Source of the DNA: Candidatus Poribacteria bacterium
GTDB taxonomy: Bacteria; Poribacteria; WGA-4E; WGA-3G
DNA length: 64,000 nt
NCBI GenBank assembly: GCA_965242965.1
Contig: OZ251518.1
Span: forward strand, 2,169,838 to 2,233,837
Direction: 5' to 3'
Position 1 is the stretch's first letter. Each line of letters opens with the position of its first letter. Shown in pieces: positions 8,656-17,726 of the stretch. Under the pieces are notes generated by a model, which had not been told where the DNA came from, made no database searches, and worked only from the letters and a program-made list of their open reading frames with translations. The position numbers and the translations under genes were made by a program.

Positions 8656-10527
8656 TCATCGATGAAACCGCCGTTCCAATTCATCGCGGCCCATCTCAAT
8701 AATGATAGGACGGGAATGTGGACAATTGAAGGGCAACTTCGCCTCCGATAACTCGCGGACGAGATTCAGCATCTCTTTGGTATCTAAGGTATCACCGGCT
8801 TTTACCGCGGATTTGCAGGCGAGGGTTATCAGTGCCTTATCTAGTGCCTCCGGTAACTGCACCTCGCTGTGCGGTGCTTCGGGGAGCGCATCAAGCAAAT
8901 CGGTGACGGCTTGCGCGGCGGCCCGAGTCGGCAGCGGCGCGGGAATCGCGCGGATGAGAATCGTGTTCCCGCCGAATTCCTCCAGATCGAAGCCGAGTTT
9001 TTTGAAGATGTCGCTGTGCATTTTGAGGGTTGCAAGCTGCTGCGGTGTGCTTTCTAACGTCACCGGGAGCAATAAACCCTGCACGGGAATGCCATCTTTT
9101 TGCAGTTGATTAACGAACCGCTCATAAAGCACGCGCTCGGCGGCAACATGCTGGTCGATGAAGAAAACCTTATCTTTCGCCTCGGCGACAATATAGGTTT
9201 TAAAGAGGTTCGTTTTCAACTCAACCGCTTCAAAATCGAGCAGGGAAAGTAACTCTCCATCGGGAATCTCCTGTCGCGGCGGTTGCACGAAGGTTGGCGG
9301 TGCCTTGGGCGGCCGTTCAGGTTCCACGTCAGGTTCTACATCAGTGGGCGGCGCGGTTTCGCTCGTAGGCGGCGGTGCTTCGTTATCCGGCGTTTCGGTG
9401 CCGCTCGGTTTAGTAGGCGTAGGCGTAGGATGTTGGAGCGGCGGAATGCGTCTTCCGGGACGCGCGCCGGCGACACTACGGACACCGGTGCCTTCTGCAT
9501 CCTCTGTCTCAATAGGGGTTTCGATTTTTGGAATATACTTCGCTTTCTGGATAGCGTTGCGAATGATTCGGACAATGCCGCTGTAAACCATCCGTTCGTT
9601 CCGGAACCGCACCTCAATTTTAGCGGGGTGGACATTGACATCGACGGTGTTCGGTTCCATCGTCAGGAAGAGTAGCGCGACAGGTTGCCTATCTTTCGCC
9701 ACCATTGCGCCGAGTGCCTCGGTGATAGCGGCAGTGATAATGCGGCTGCGGATGGGCCGCTGATTCAGGAAGAAGAGTTGATAGTCCCGATTCGGCTTTG
9801 TAAAGTCTGGCTTTCCGAGGAGGCAATACATTTGCAAATCGGGCAGTTCCTCCTGAAATTCAGTGAGGTTCTCAGCGAATTCCTTGCCGTAGATGAGCCG
9901 CGTGCGTTCCAGATACGCATCGCAGGCGCGGACATCCAAGATGGTCCTGCCGTTATGTGTCAGCGAGAATTGGATATTCGGGTGGGCAAGCGCAGCCCAT
10001 GTCACCTGATTCGTGATATGGTTCATCTCTGTCGTGTCCGTTTTGAGGAACTTGAGGCGCGCGGGGACATTGTAAAAGAGATTGTTGATTGACATGTGCG
10101 TGCCGGGAGAGCAACCGCTCTCTTGGACAGAACGGAATACACCGCCATCAACGTTAACTTTTGTTCCCTCCATTGCATCCGCTGCACGGGTAAGCAACTC
10201 GAACTGCGAAACAGAAGCGATACTCGCTAATGCTTCGCCGCGGAAGCCGAAGGTGTTGATTTCCTCGAGGTCTTCGATGCGGTTCACTTTGCTGGTAGCG
10301 TGGCGTTCCAAGGCGAGGAGCGCGTCCTCACGTGCCATGCCGCTACCGTTATCGGAGACGCGGATGAGCCGTTTGCCACCGGCGCGAATTTCAACGCGGA
10401 CATTGGTGCTGCCAGCATCAATGGCATTTTCGATGAGTTCTTTGACTACTGATGCCGGGCGTTCCACTACCTCACCGGCAGCGATTTTATTTGCGACATC
10501 AGCAGAGAGTATTTTGATTTTTGGCAT
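8656..10527 (-). CDS. mutL: DNA mismatch repair protein MutL
   Basis: MPKIKILSADVANKIAAGEVVERPASVVKELIENAIDAGSTNVRVEI..GG...I.V.DNGSGM is a canonical GHKL ATPase N-terminus. The track ORF extends 84 codons upstream into repeat sequence; the start is set at the ATG at 10527. Confidence 0.9.
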   Translation of the reverse strand: MPKIKILSADVANKIAAGEVVERPASVVKELIENAIDAGSTNVRVEIRAGGKRLIRVSDNGSGMAREDALLALERHATSKVNRIEDLEEINTFGFRGEALASIASVSQFELLTRAADAMEGTKVNVDGGVFRSVQESGCSPGTHMSINNLFYNVPARLKFLKTDTTEMNHITNQVTWAALAHPNIQFSLTHNGRTILDVRACDAYLERTRLIYGKEFAENLTEFQEELPDLQMYCLLGKPDFTKPNRDYQLFFLNQRPIRSRIITAAITEALGAMVAKDRQPVALLFLTMEPNTVDVNVHPAKIEVRFRNERMVYSGIVRIIRNAIQKAKYIPKIETPIETEDAEGTGVRSVAGARPGRRIPPLQHPTPTPTKPSGTETPDNEAPPPTSETAPPTDVEPDVEPERPPKAPPTFVQPPRQEIPDGELLSLLDFEAVELKTNLFKTYIVAEAKDKVFFIDQHVAAERVLYERFVNQLQKDGIPVQGLLLPVTLESTPQQLATLKMHSDIFKKLGFDLEEFGGNTILIRAIPAPLPTRAAAQAVTDLLDALPEAPHSEVQLPEALDKALITLACKSAVKAGDTLDTKEMLNLVRELSEAKLPFNCPHSRPIIIEMGRDELERRFHR

Positions 10528-10534
10528 TTTTTGT

Positions 10535-10748
10535 TGTTTCCTAATTGTTTGTATCGGGCCCTGTAGGCGGGACATCCCTGTCCCGATACGGTATTGCATC
10601 GAGACCGGGAGGTCTCTCCTACTGTAGGCGGGACATCCCTGTCCCGACACTCGCCGGTAGGCGGGACATCCCTGTCCCGAAATTCGCCTACCGTAGGCGG
10701 GACATCCCTGTCCCGATACGGTATTGCATCGAGACCAGGAGGACTCGC
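10535..10748. repeat. cluster of family-C (GTAGGCGGGACATCCCTGTCCCGA) and family-B (GCATCGAGACC[N]GGAGGTCTCTCCTAC) palindromic units
   Basis: Four copies of the 24-bp family-C unit with irregular 10-38 bp spacing, plus two family-B copies. It lies between mutL and the ABC ATPase gene. Confidence 0.8.
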
Positions 10749-12791
10749 CTACTGGGATTCTAACAGATAGCAATGACACGAATGCGTCTGTGTGAGATGC
10801 GTGACCCCCGGATATTTATCCTTGCAATGCGGCATCACCTCTGGACATCGTGGATGGAAATGACATCCTGCCGGCCGGTTAATCGGCGATGGGACATCAC
10901 CTTCCAGCCGAATCTTTTCCACACTGCTCGCGGTATCCATTTTTGGGACAGCAGAGAGGAGAGCACGCGTATAGGGATGCTTCGGCGAATCAAAAATCTC
11001 CTCGGTTGTCCCGCGCTCTACGATGCGCCCCAGATACATCACGGCTACTTCATCGGCGAGGTATTCCACAACGGCAAGGTTGTGCGTGATGAACAAGTAG
11101 GTGAGTCCTAGTTCATTTTGCAAGTCTTTGAGCAGATTCAAGATTTGCGCTTGCACCGATACGTCCAACGCACTCGTCGCCTCGTCGCAAACGATGAATT
11201 CCGGATGGACGGCGAGGCATCGCGCGATGCAAATGCGCTGTCGTTGTCCGCCAGAGAATTCGTGCGGATAGCGCGTTACCATGTCCGGCGATAGCCCTAC
11301 CCGTTGCATCAGAGTGGCGACGCGCTGGCGGCGTTCTGTCGCCGATGCACCGATGTTGTGCGTCCGCATCCCTTCCTGAATAATATCTCCGACGGTTAGC
11401 CTCGGATTGAGCGAAGAGTAAGGATCTTGGAAAATAATCTGCATCCGCTGCCGATAGGGATGCAGTTGCCCGCGCGTCGCCGTCGTGATGTCAACGCCAT
11501 CGTAACGGATGTCGCCGGTGACAGGCACTCCCAGCCGCAAAATCGCCTTGCCGAGGGAGGTTTTGCCGGAGCCGGACTCCCCAACGAGTGCCAGCGTTTT
11601 GCCGCGCGGCATCGCGAGCTCAACGTTATCTACGGCGTAAACATAACCGGCGGCGCGCTTGAAAATCCCTTTCAAAATCGGATAGTGGACGCAGATGTTC
11701 TTTAATTCCAGCGCAAACTCCTGCGTCTCATCCGCGCGCTCCAAAATAACCTTCGTCTTCTCGGCAGCACTCGCAAGTGTGTCCGTTTCCAACGGAGCAT
11801 CAAACGGCGGCGCGGGGTTATAGAGGTGACAAGCGACGTTGTGCTGTGTTTCGTCTGTGGACAGCACGGGCGCGATGCTCGCGCACCCCTCCATGACTTT
11901 CGGACATCTATCGGCGAACCGGCAACCATCTCCATCGTCACCGTATTCTGTCGCTTTTGGGACGCGCCCGGTAATCGTCTGCAATTCGGCACCCCGTTTA
12001 TGCCGCGCCGGTGTAGACTCTAGCAACTTGACGGTATAGGGATGCTTCGGTGTGTTATAGAGCTGCGTCCATGTGCCCATTTCAACGATTTTTCCGGCAT
12101 ACATTACTGCAACCCGGTCCGCCATATTCGCCACGACTGCCAAGTCGTGCGTAATCAACAGCACTGCCATCTGGAATTCCTGTTGAAGGCGTTGGATGAG
12201 CTCCAGAATCTGTGCTTGGATAGTCACATCGAGTGCGGTAGTCGGTTCATCGGCGATGAGCAGGCTCGGCTGACAAGAGAGTGCCATCGCAATCATGACG
12301 CGCTGTTTCATGCCGCCGGACATCTGGTGAGGATACTCATTGTAACGCGCCGCTGGTTCCGGAATCCCCACTCGTTCTAACATCTCAATCGCTGCGTTTC
12401 GGGCGGCAGTGCCGCGGAGGTTCTGATGCAGGCGGATGGCTTCCGAGATCTGGTTCCCGATTGTGAAAACGGGATTGAGACTCGTCATTGGTTCTTGAAA
12501 GATCATTGCGATGTCGTTGCCCTGAACCTTTCGCTTTTCGATGGCGGGGAGGCGCGTGATGTCTTGGCCTTTGTAATAAATCGCGCCACCGGCGATAAAC
12601 CCTGTCGGCTGCGGCACGAGTTGGATAAGCGAGAGCGCGGTGACGCTCTTCCCGCAGCCGGACTCACCGACAAGCGCGAAGATTTCGTTCTGCCGGAGCT
12701 CAAAGGAAACACCGTCTACTGCACGTGCCACTCCTTCCGGCGTGCGAAAATAGGTTCTGAGGTTTTGGACGCTGAGCAATGTTTCGTTCAT
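10749..12791 (-). CDS. ABC transporter ATP-binding protein with duplicated ATPase domains (peptide/opine importer GsiA/YejF-like)
   Basis: Two Walker A sites (GESGCGKS, GESGSGKT) and two ABC signature/Walker B regions. Cys-rich oligopeptide-ATPase C-terminal segments are present after both domains (DGDGCRFADRCPKVMEGC..., CHFHPRCPEVMPHC). Confidence 0.85.
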   Translation of the reverse strand: MNETLLSVQNLRTYFRTPEGVARAVDGVSFELRQNEIFALVGESGCGKSVTALSLIQLVPQPTGFIAGGAIYYKGQDITRLPAIEKRKVQGNDIAMIFQEPMTSLNPVFTIGNQISEAIRLHQNLRGTAARNAAIEMLERVGIPEPAARYNEYPHQMSGGMKQRVMIAMALSCQPSLLIADEPTTALDVTIQAQILELIQRLQQEFQMAVLLITHDLAVVANMADRVAVMYAGKIVEMGTWTQLYNTPKHPYTVKLLESTPARHKRGAELQTITGRVPKATEYGDDGDGCRFADRCPKVMEGCASIAPVLSTDETQHNVACHLYNPAPPFDAPLETDTLASAAEKTKVILERADETQEFALELKNICVHYPILKGIFKRAAGYVYAVDNVELAMPRGKTLALVGESGSGKTSLGKAILRLGVPVTGDIRYDGVDITTATRGQLHPYRQRMQIIFQDPYSSLNPRLTVGDIIQEGMRTHNIGASATERRQRVATLMQRVGLSPDMVTRYPHEFSGGQRQRICIARCLAVHPEFIVCDEATSALDVSVQAQILNLLKDLQNELGLTYLFITHNLAVVEYLADEVAVMYLGRIVERGTTEEIFDSPKHPYTRALLSAVPKMDTASSVEKIRLEGDVPSPINRPAGCHFHPRCPEVMPHCKDKYPGVTHLTQTHSCHCYLLESQ

Positions 12792-12792
12792 A

Positions 12793-12816
12793 ACATTAAT
12801 ATAACATGCATGTTAT
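12793..12816. promoter_or_regulatory. operator-like palindrome immediately upstream of the ABC ATPase start codon
   Basis: taacattaatATAACATGCATGTTATag contains a perfect 16-bp palindrome ATAACATG/CATGTTAT (12801..12816) plus an extra TAACAT half-site (12793..12798). It sits 1-25 bp upstream of the ATG at 12791. There is no obvious SD. A T10 tract lies at 12838..12847. Confidence 0.4.
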
Positions 12817-12844
12817 AGAAAAAGCAAGGGAATTTTGTTTTTTT

Positions 12845-13440
12845 TTTGGAATTGCGAGGCAAGTTGACACCGCGCGATCGCGGGGCCCGTCCCTCGCCGC
12901 GCCCAGAGACCGTAGTTCGGGAGCGCCTGATCCCGAACGGGTCGACGGTAAAAAAACGCCCCGGATTACCGTAGGGCGAGGGCCTGTCCCTCGCCGTGCC
13001 CAGATCTTGGAAAAGACCGTAGTTCGGGAGCACCTGCTCCCGAACGGGTCGACAGTAAAAAAACGCCCCTCGTTCTCTTCAGGTCCTTTAGGTCCTGAAT
13101 GTCTATAGCAGCCGCAACGCAAAGAGCCCTAAGGTCCTTTAGGTCCTTAATAGACTTTGAGATGCCGCGTGTTTTTTATTAAGGACCTAAAGGACCTTGC
13201 CGGGGGTTGCCTATTTTTCTATAGACATTAAGGACCTAAAGGACCTAAGAGGCCCTCTTGACGACAGGCATCGCGGGGGACAGGCCCCCGCGATACGGTA
13301 AAAAAAACGCCCCGGGTTACCGTAGGGCGAGGGCCTGTCCCTCGCCATGCAACGATCGCGAGGGACAGGCCCCCGCGCTACGGTAACCATTCCCTACTCG
13401 CGCTGAAAAAATAACAATTGACAAAAACACGTTTTTCTGC
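12845..13440. repeat. intergenic repeat block (families A, D, E), including terminator-like modules
   Basis: Contains two copies of GTCGACGGTAAAAAAACGCCCC.. adjacent to family-A hairpins; on the opposite strand these read as a GC stem followed by T7. Confidence 0.75.
13078..13249. mobile_element. ~175-bp palindromic element (family E) built on AGGTCCTTTAGGTCCT / CTATAGACAT motifs
   Basis: ttcAGGTCCTTTAGGTCCTgaatgtCTATAG...TTATTAAGGACCTAAAGGACC...CTATAGACATTAAGGACCTAAAGGACCTAAG. A near-identical copy lies in inverted orientation at 30511..30687; a fragment is at 5557..5580. Confidence 0.7.
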
Positions 13441-13456
13441 TAATTTAACAGAAAAT
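13428..13456 (+). promoter_or_regulatory. sigma70-type promoter of the Gfo/Idh/MocA tandem pair
   Basis: TTGACA (13428..13433), 17-nt spacer, TAATTT (13451..13456). RBS AGGAGA precedes the ATG at 13489. Confidence 0.45.
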
Positions 13457-13488
13457 CTGAACACGCTTCTGAATAGGAGAACATTTTC

Positions 13489-14526
13489 ATGTATAAAAGC
13501 GCGATGTTAGGGTGCGGCGGCCGTGCCCGAGCACATGCAGATGCATATCGCTTCGTTAACGGCGGAAAACTCGCCGCCATCTGCGATATGAACACCGAAT
13601 TACTCAACAAATTCGGAGACGATTTCGGCATCTCTGCACGCTACACGGATCTAGACGAGATGCTGGAGAAGGAGAAACCGGATGTCCTCCACATCGTCAC
13701 CGCACCGGTCCTCCGCGGGACAAACGAACGCATTCGTTATCCGCTGATGAAACAGGCATCCGACCACGGTGTGCCTGCCGCTATCGTGGAAAAGCCGATT
13801 GCCGTGGAAAGCGAAGACTGGAAACAGATTGCAGGACTCGCTGAAAGCACGCAGACGAAGTTCGTTGTTAATACGCAGCTCAACTTCCATCCGCAAAACT
13901 TGGAATTGAAGCGCGATGTGGCGGCGGGGAGAATTGGCGACATCAAATTCATTGAGGCAGGGGCGCGTAGTACCCCCGTAGATCAGGCACCACATGTGTT
14001 ACAGTTGGTTTCGTCTTATATTGACAATTCGCGTCCGGTGCGAGTGCTCGGGCAAATCTCTGGGGCAGGCCCGCTAGATTCAGCGCAGCCTTCGCCGCAA
14101 CACGCCGCCGCACGGGTGCAGTATGCGAACGGCTTGCACGTCTCTGTCGCTTTTGGCGCGGACATCGCGCCGCGGGCATCCGATAGCGACAGCGTCGTCG
14201 CGCACAAACGGGTTTTTGTCGTTGGGACGAAAGGTTTCGTGCATTGGCGGTTCAGCAGTTGGGAACGCGCCACGCCGGAGGGCGGTTATGAAGGCGGCCC
14301 GCTCAACTATGGCGAACAGGATGTCGTCGCGCAGGGTAATCTCACCGAGGCTGTCTTTGACTGGCTTGACGATGAAACGAAGGTGCATCCGACGCATCTC
14401 AAGCAATCGTTGGCGGAATTCAATCTGTTACTGGGCATTTACTACAGCGGCATCACTCACGAAATCGTTGAGCTGCCGTTTGAACCGCCCGATGGGTTAA
14501 TCGATTTACTCAGGAAAACGTTGTAA
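13489..14526 (+). CDS. Gfo/Idh/MocA-like oxidoreductase, tandem paralog 1
   Basis: MYKSAMLGCGGRARAHADAY... Rossmann N-terminus; 345 aa. Confidence 0.75.
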   Translation: MYKSAMLGCGGRARAHADAYRFVNGGKLAAICDMNTELLNKFGDDFGISARYTDLDEMLEKEKPDVLHIVTAPVLRGTNERIRYPLMKQASDHGVPAAIVEKPIAVESEDWKQIAGLAESTQTKFVVNTQLNFHPQNLELKRDVAAGRIGDIKFIEAGARSTPVDQAPHVLQLVSSYIDNSRPVRVLGQISGAGPLDSAQPSPQHAAARVQYANGLHVSVAFGADIAPRASDSDSVVAHKRVFVVGTKGFVHWRFSSWERATPEGGYEGGPLNYGEQDVVAQGNLTEAVFDWLDDETKVHPTHLKQSLAEFNLLLGIYYSGITHEIVELPFEPPDGLIDLLRKTL

Positions 14527-14594
14527 TCCCACTCTCCCTTGCAGCAAACGGGATTATGAGCGCGTGCCTATTTACGAAAGAGGAGAACATTTTC

Positions 14595-15632
14595 ATGTAT
14601 AAAAGCGCGATGTTAGGGTGCGGCGGCCGTGCCCGAGCGCATGCAGACGCGTATCGCTTCGTTAACGGCGGAAAACTCGCCGCCATCTGCGATATGAACA
14701 CCGAACTACTCAACAAATTCGGGGACGATTTCGGCATCTCCGCACGCTACACGGATTTAGACGAGATGCTAGAGAAGGAGAAACCGGATGTCCTTCATAT
14801 CGTCACCGCACCGGTGCTACGTGGTAGCAACGAACGCATCCGTTATCCGCTGATGAAACAGGCATCCGACCACGGTGTGCCTGCCGCTATCGTCGAAAAG
14901 CCGATTGCTGTCGAAAGTGAGGACTGGAAACAGATTTCGGGGCTCTCCAAGGAAACGAAAACGAAGTTTGTTGTCAATACGCAACTGAACTTCCACCCGC
15001 AAAACTTGGAGTTGAAACGGGACGTAGCGGAAGGCAGGATAGGCGATATCAAGTTCATTGATGCGAGCGCGCGCAGCACCCCGGTAGACCAGGGCCCGCA
15101 TGTTTTGCAGTTGGTTTCGTCTTATATTGACAATTCTCGTCCGGTGCGAGTGCTCGGACAAGTCTCTGGGCGCGAGCAGTTAGATTCGGCGCAGCCTTCG
15201 CCGCAATACGCCGCCGCACGGGTGCAGTATGAAAACGGCTTGCACGTCTCGGTTGCGTTCGGCACCGCTATCGCGCCGACTGCATCCGAAGATCCGGTGG
15301 TTTACTTCCACAAACGGGTTTTTGTCGTGGGGACGAAAGGGTTCGTGCATTGGCGGTTTAGCAGCTGGGAGCGCGCCACGCCGGAGGGCGGCTATGAAGG
15401 CGGCCCGCTCAACTATGGCGAACAGGATGTCGTCGCGCAGGGTAACCTCACTGAGGCTGTCTTTGACTGGCTTGACGATGAAGCGAAGGTGCATCCGACG
15501 CACCTTGAGCAGTCGCTGGCGGAGTTCAACCTGCTATTGGGCATCTATTACAGCGGCATCACGAACGAGGTAATTGAGCTTCCGTTTGAGCCGCCGGATG
15601 GGCTGATGGATTCGCTTCGGGCGAAATTGTAA
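14595..15632 (+). CDS. Gfo/Idh/MocA-like oxidoreductase, tandem paralog 2 (~90% identical to paralog 1)
   Basis: Same N-terminus MYKSAMLGCGGRARAHADAYRFVNGGKLAAICDMNTELLNKFGDDFGISARYTDLDEMLEKEKPDVLHIVTAPVLRG. The RBS and first codons duplicate those of paralog 1 (AGGAGAACATTTTCATGTATAAAAGCGCGATG); the start is set at the ATG at 14595. Confidence 0.75.
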   Translation: MYKSAMLGCGGRARAHADAYRFVNGGKLAAICDMNTELLNKFGDDFGISARYTDLDEMLEKEKPDVLHIVTAPVLRGSNERIRYPLMKQASDHGVPAAIVEKPIAVESEDWKQISGLSKETKTKFVVNTQLNFHPQNLELKRDVAEGRIGDIKFIDASARSTPVDQGPHVLQLVSSYIDNSRPVRVLGQVSGREQLDSAQPSPQYAAARVQYENGLHVSVAFGTAIAPTASEDPVVYFHKRVFVVGTKGFVHWRFSSWERATPEGGYEGGPLNYGEQDVVAQGNLTEAVFDWLDDEAKVHPTHLEQSLAEFNLLLGIYYSGITNEVIELPFEPPDGLMDSLRAKL

Positions 15633-15639
15633 GGGGGCT

Positions 15640-16130
15640 GCCTTTTATTTTTAAGTGAAAGGGAGGCGTTTTTTACCGTAGCGCAAGGGAGAGAGCAGAC
15701 CTGTCCCACGCGAGTGTCCGGGGCCGCGGACGATGGCGAGGGACAGGCCCTCGCCCTACGGTGAGACGGCCCCCTCTGTAGGTCAAGATCGCCAGATCTT
15801 GACCCGTTCGGGATCGGGCGATCCCGAACTACGGTCTACGTTGAAGGGGTGGCGTTTTTAACCGTAGCGCGGGGGCCTGTCCCCCGCGATCGCTGCATGG
15901 CGAGGGACAGGCCCTCGCCCTACGGTGAAGGGGGGAGTTCTTTTCGCGTGCTAGATGGCGAGGGACAGACCCTCGCCCTACGGTGAAGGGGGACCTTCTG
16001 CCGCCGCTGCCCCGGGAGGCGCGCCGCCCTATTGCATCGAGACCAGGAGGTCTCTCCTACCGGGAAAACGGCATCGTTCGGAATCTCACGAAACCATTTT
16101 GACAACAACGAGTTAAGAAACACCCTCATT
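15640..16130. repeat. intergenic repeat block (families A, B, D)
   Basis: Three GGCGAGGGACAG(G/A)CCCTCGCCCTACGGTGA units, one family-D dumbbell (15775..15835) and one family-B unit (16030..16060). Confidence 0.75.
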
Positions 16131-16150
16131 TATTTAAAAGGAGAATAGCA

Positions 16151-16966
16151 ATGCGAGTGCTGATTATGTCCGATATGGAAGGTGTGAGCGGCATTGTCGT
16201 ATGGGAACAGGTGAACGGCGGGGCCGCGATGTTTGAAGAAGGCAGGCGACTCTACACGGAAGAAATAAACGCCGCCGTGCGCGGGGCTAAAGCCGCCGGT
16301 GCGACAGAAATTGTTGTTGTGGATTGCCACGGTGCCGGGCAAGGTTGGACATTTAATTCGCTCATTCCCGATAAAATTCATCCGGATTGCGAGTGGGTAG
16401 CGCACCACGGATGGGGACGCTACGATGAGATGTGGGAGGAAGGCTGCGATGCCTGCTTGCTCATCGGGATGCACGCGCGCAACGGGACACCCGACGGTGT
16501 GCTGTGCCACACGATTTCCACCGTCAAATACCGAAACCTCTGGTTTAACGATGAACTTGTCGGTGAAACGGGTGTAAACGCCGCGCTCAACGGGCATTAC
16601 GGTGTCCCGATTGCGCTCGTCACAGGCGACGCGGCAGTCTGCCGAGAAGCGAAGTCGCTCCTCGGCGAGTCACTGCCAACTGTCGCTGTGAAGAAGGGGC
16701 TAGGCCGGTATAGCGCGCGGCAGCTCCCTCCTCGCCGCGCTCGCGAACGGATTGAGGAAGCCACCAAAAACGCGCTCACCGAACGCATCCAAACGTTGCC
16801 TTACGTGCCTGAAAAGCCGACGACAATCCGAATTGAATTGGAAAGCGTTGATAAACTCGCCGATTTCAAAGGAAGAACGGGGGTCGAAATCACCAGTCCG
16901 CTCACCGTTGAAAGCCGCGCGAAAAATTGGCTAACCGCATGGAATCAATTCTGGCCCTATGCCTAG
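16151..16966 (+). CDS. D-aminopeptidase DppA family (peptidase M55)
   Basis: MRVLIMSDMEGVSGIV...VVDCHGAG...IGMHARNGTPDGVLCHT...VTGDAAVCREA is collinear with Bacillus DppA (MKLYMSVDMEGISG...NDSHS...GYHARASTPGVMSHS...VAGDDRAAKEA). Confidence 0.8.
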   Translation: MRVLIMSDMEGVSGIVVWEQVNGGAAMFEEGRRLYTEEINAAVRGAKAAGATEIVVVDCHGAGQGWTFNSLIPDKIHPDCEWVAHHGWGRYDEMWEEGCDACLLIGMHARNGTPDGVLCHTISTVKYRNLWFNDELVGETGVNAALNGHYGVPIALVTGDAAVCREAKSLLGESLPTVAVKKGLGRYSARQLPPRRARERIEEATKNALTERIQTLPYVPEKPTTIRIELESVDKLADFKGRTGVEITSPLTVESRAKNWLTAWNQFWPYA

Positions 16967-16988
16967 TTGCATCGCGAACGCGCGCCTT

Positions 16989-17411
16989 TTAGGCATCGTC
17001 AAGGACGCTGAGCGGATCTTCGGAGGCATCTTTCCTCTCCAAGATTTCCACCTCGTATCCATCCGGGTCTGTGATGAATGCCATCTTCATGCCGCCGGAG
17101 GTAAATTGCGCGCGCCATTCGTCCGGCCAAATCTCCAAGCCGGCTTTCTCTAACCCGTCGCAAAACGCAACGATGTCTGGGACACCGATGGCGAAATGCA
17201 TCAGGTCTTCCTGAACATTGAGTTCAAAATCGGGCGAGTAAGTCAACTCCAGCGTGTGCGCATTCCCCGGAAGTTCGAGATGCACTATCTGGTTCCCTGC
17301 CGGGGACTTGTCGCTCCGGCTGAGGACTTTGAATCCTAAGTGGTTGCAATACCAATCGATCGAATCGTCCAGGGCGCTGACGCGGACCCGGGTGTGTAAA
17401 AAAACAGCCAT
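16989..17411 (-). CDS. VOC-family protein (glyoxalase I / lactoylglutathione lyase-like)
   Basis: HTRVRVSALDDSIDWYCNHLGFKV...LELTY...HFAIGVPDI...ITDPDGYEVEILER is a typical glyoxalase/bleomycin-resistance fold pattern. RBS AAGGAGA. Confidence 0.75.
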   Translation of the reverse strand: MAVFLHTRVRVSALDDSIDWYCNHLGFKVLSRSDKSPAGNQIVHLELPGNAHTLELTYSPDFELNVQEDLMHFAIGVPDIVAFCDGLEKAGLEIWPDEWRAQFTSGGMKMAFITDPDGYEVEILERKDASEDPLSVLDDA

Positions 17412-17414
17412 GTT

Positions 17415-17700
17415 GTTCTCCTTCTTTTTGTTTCGATCGGGCGATCAAAACCTATTTTGAGATTTTGTTTCGATCAGGCGATCGAAACCTATTTTGAGAT
17501 AAAGATATAATAGCGTATTCCGTGAATTTTGTCAAGACTTGAGCAGGATTTACAAGATTAGGCAAGATTTTCAAGAGGACATTTCACACCGCACCCAACC
17601 TATCAGAACTGCCACAAGCAGCGGGGGCAGGGGATGCCCCCCTCATCCTGCAAAATCTTGTAAATCTTGTAAATCTTGCAAATCCTGCTCCGATTTCATT
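17415..17700. repeat. tandem 39-bp hairpin repeats, then a family-F inverted pair
   Basis: 17431..17509 is TTTGTTTCGATC(G/A)GGCGATC(A/G)AAACCTATTTTGAGAT x2. 17545..17580 and 17650..17695 are inverted 9-bp-repeat arms (CAGGATTTACAAGATTAGGCAAGATT / AATCTTGTAAATCTTGTAAATCTTGCAAATCCTG) flanking a GGGGGCAGGGGATGCCCCC hairpin. Confidence 0.75.
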
Positions 17701-17726
17701 AGCAATTCTTTGTGGGGAGACTCAAA

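Noticed and set aside
10535-10748. CRISPR-like 24-bp repeat x4
   Set aside because: Spacers are 10, 12 and 38 bp (irregular), and the unit is the ubiquitous family-C palindrome.
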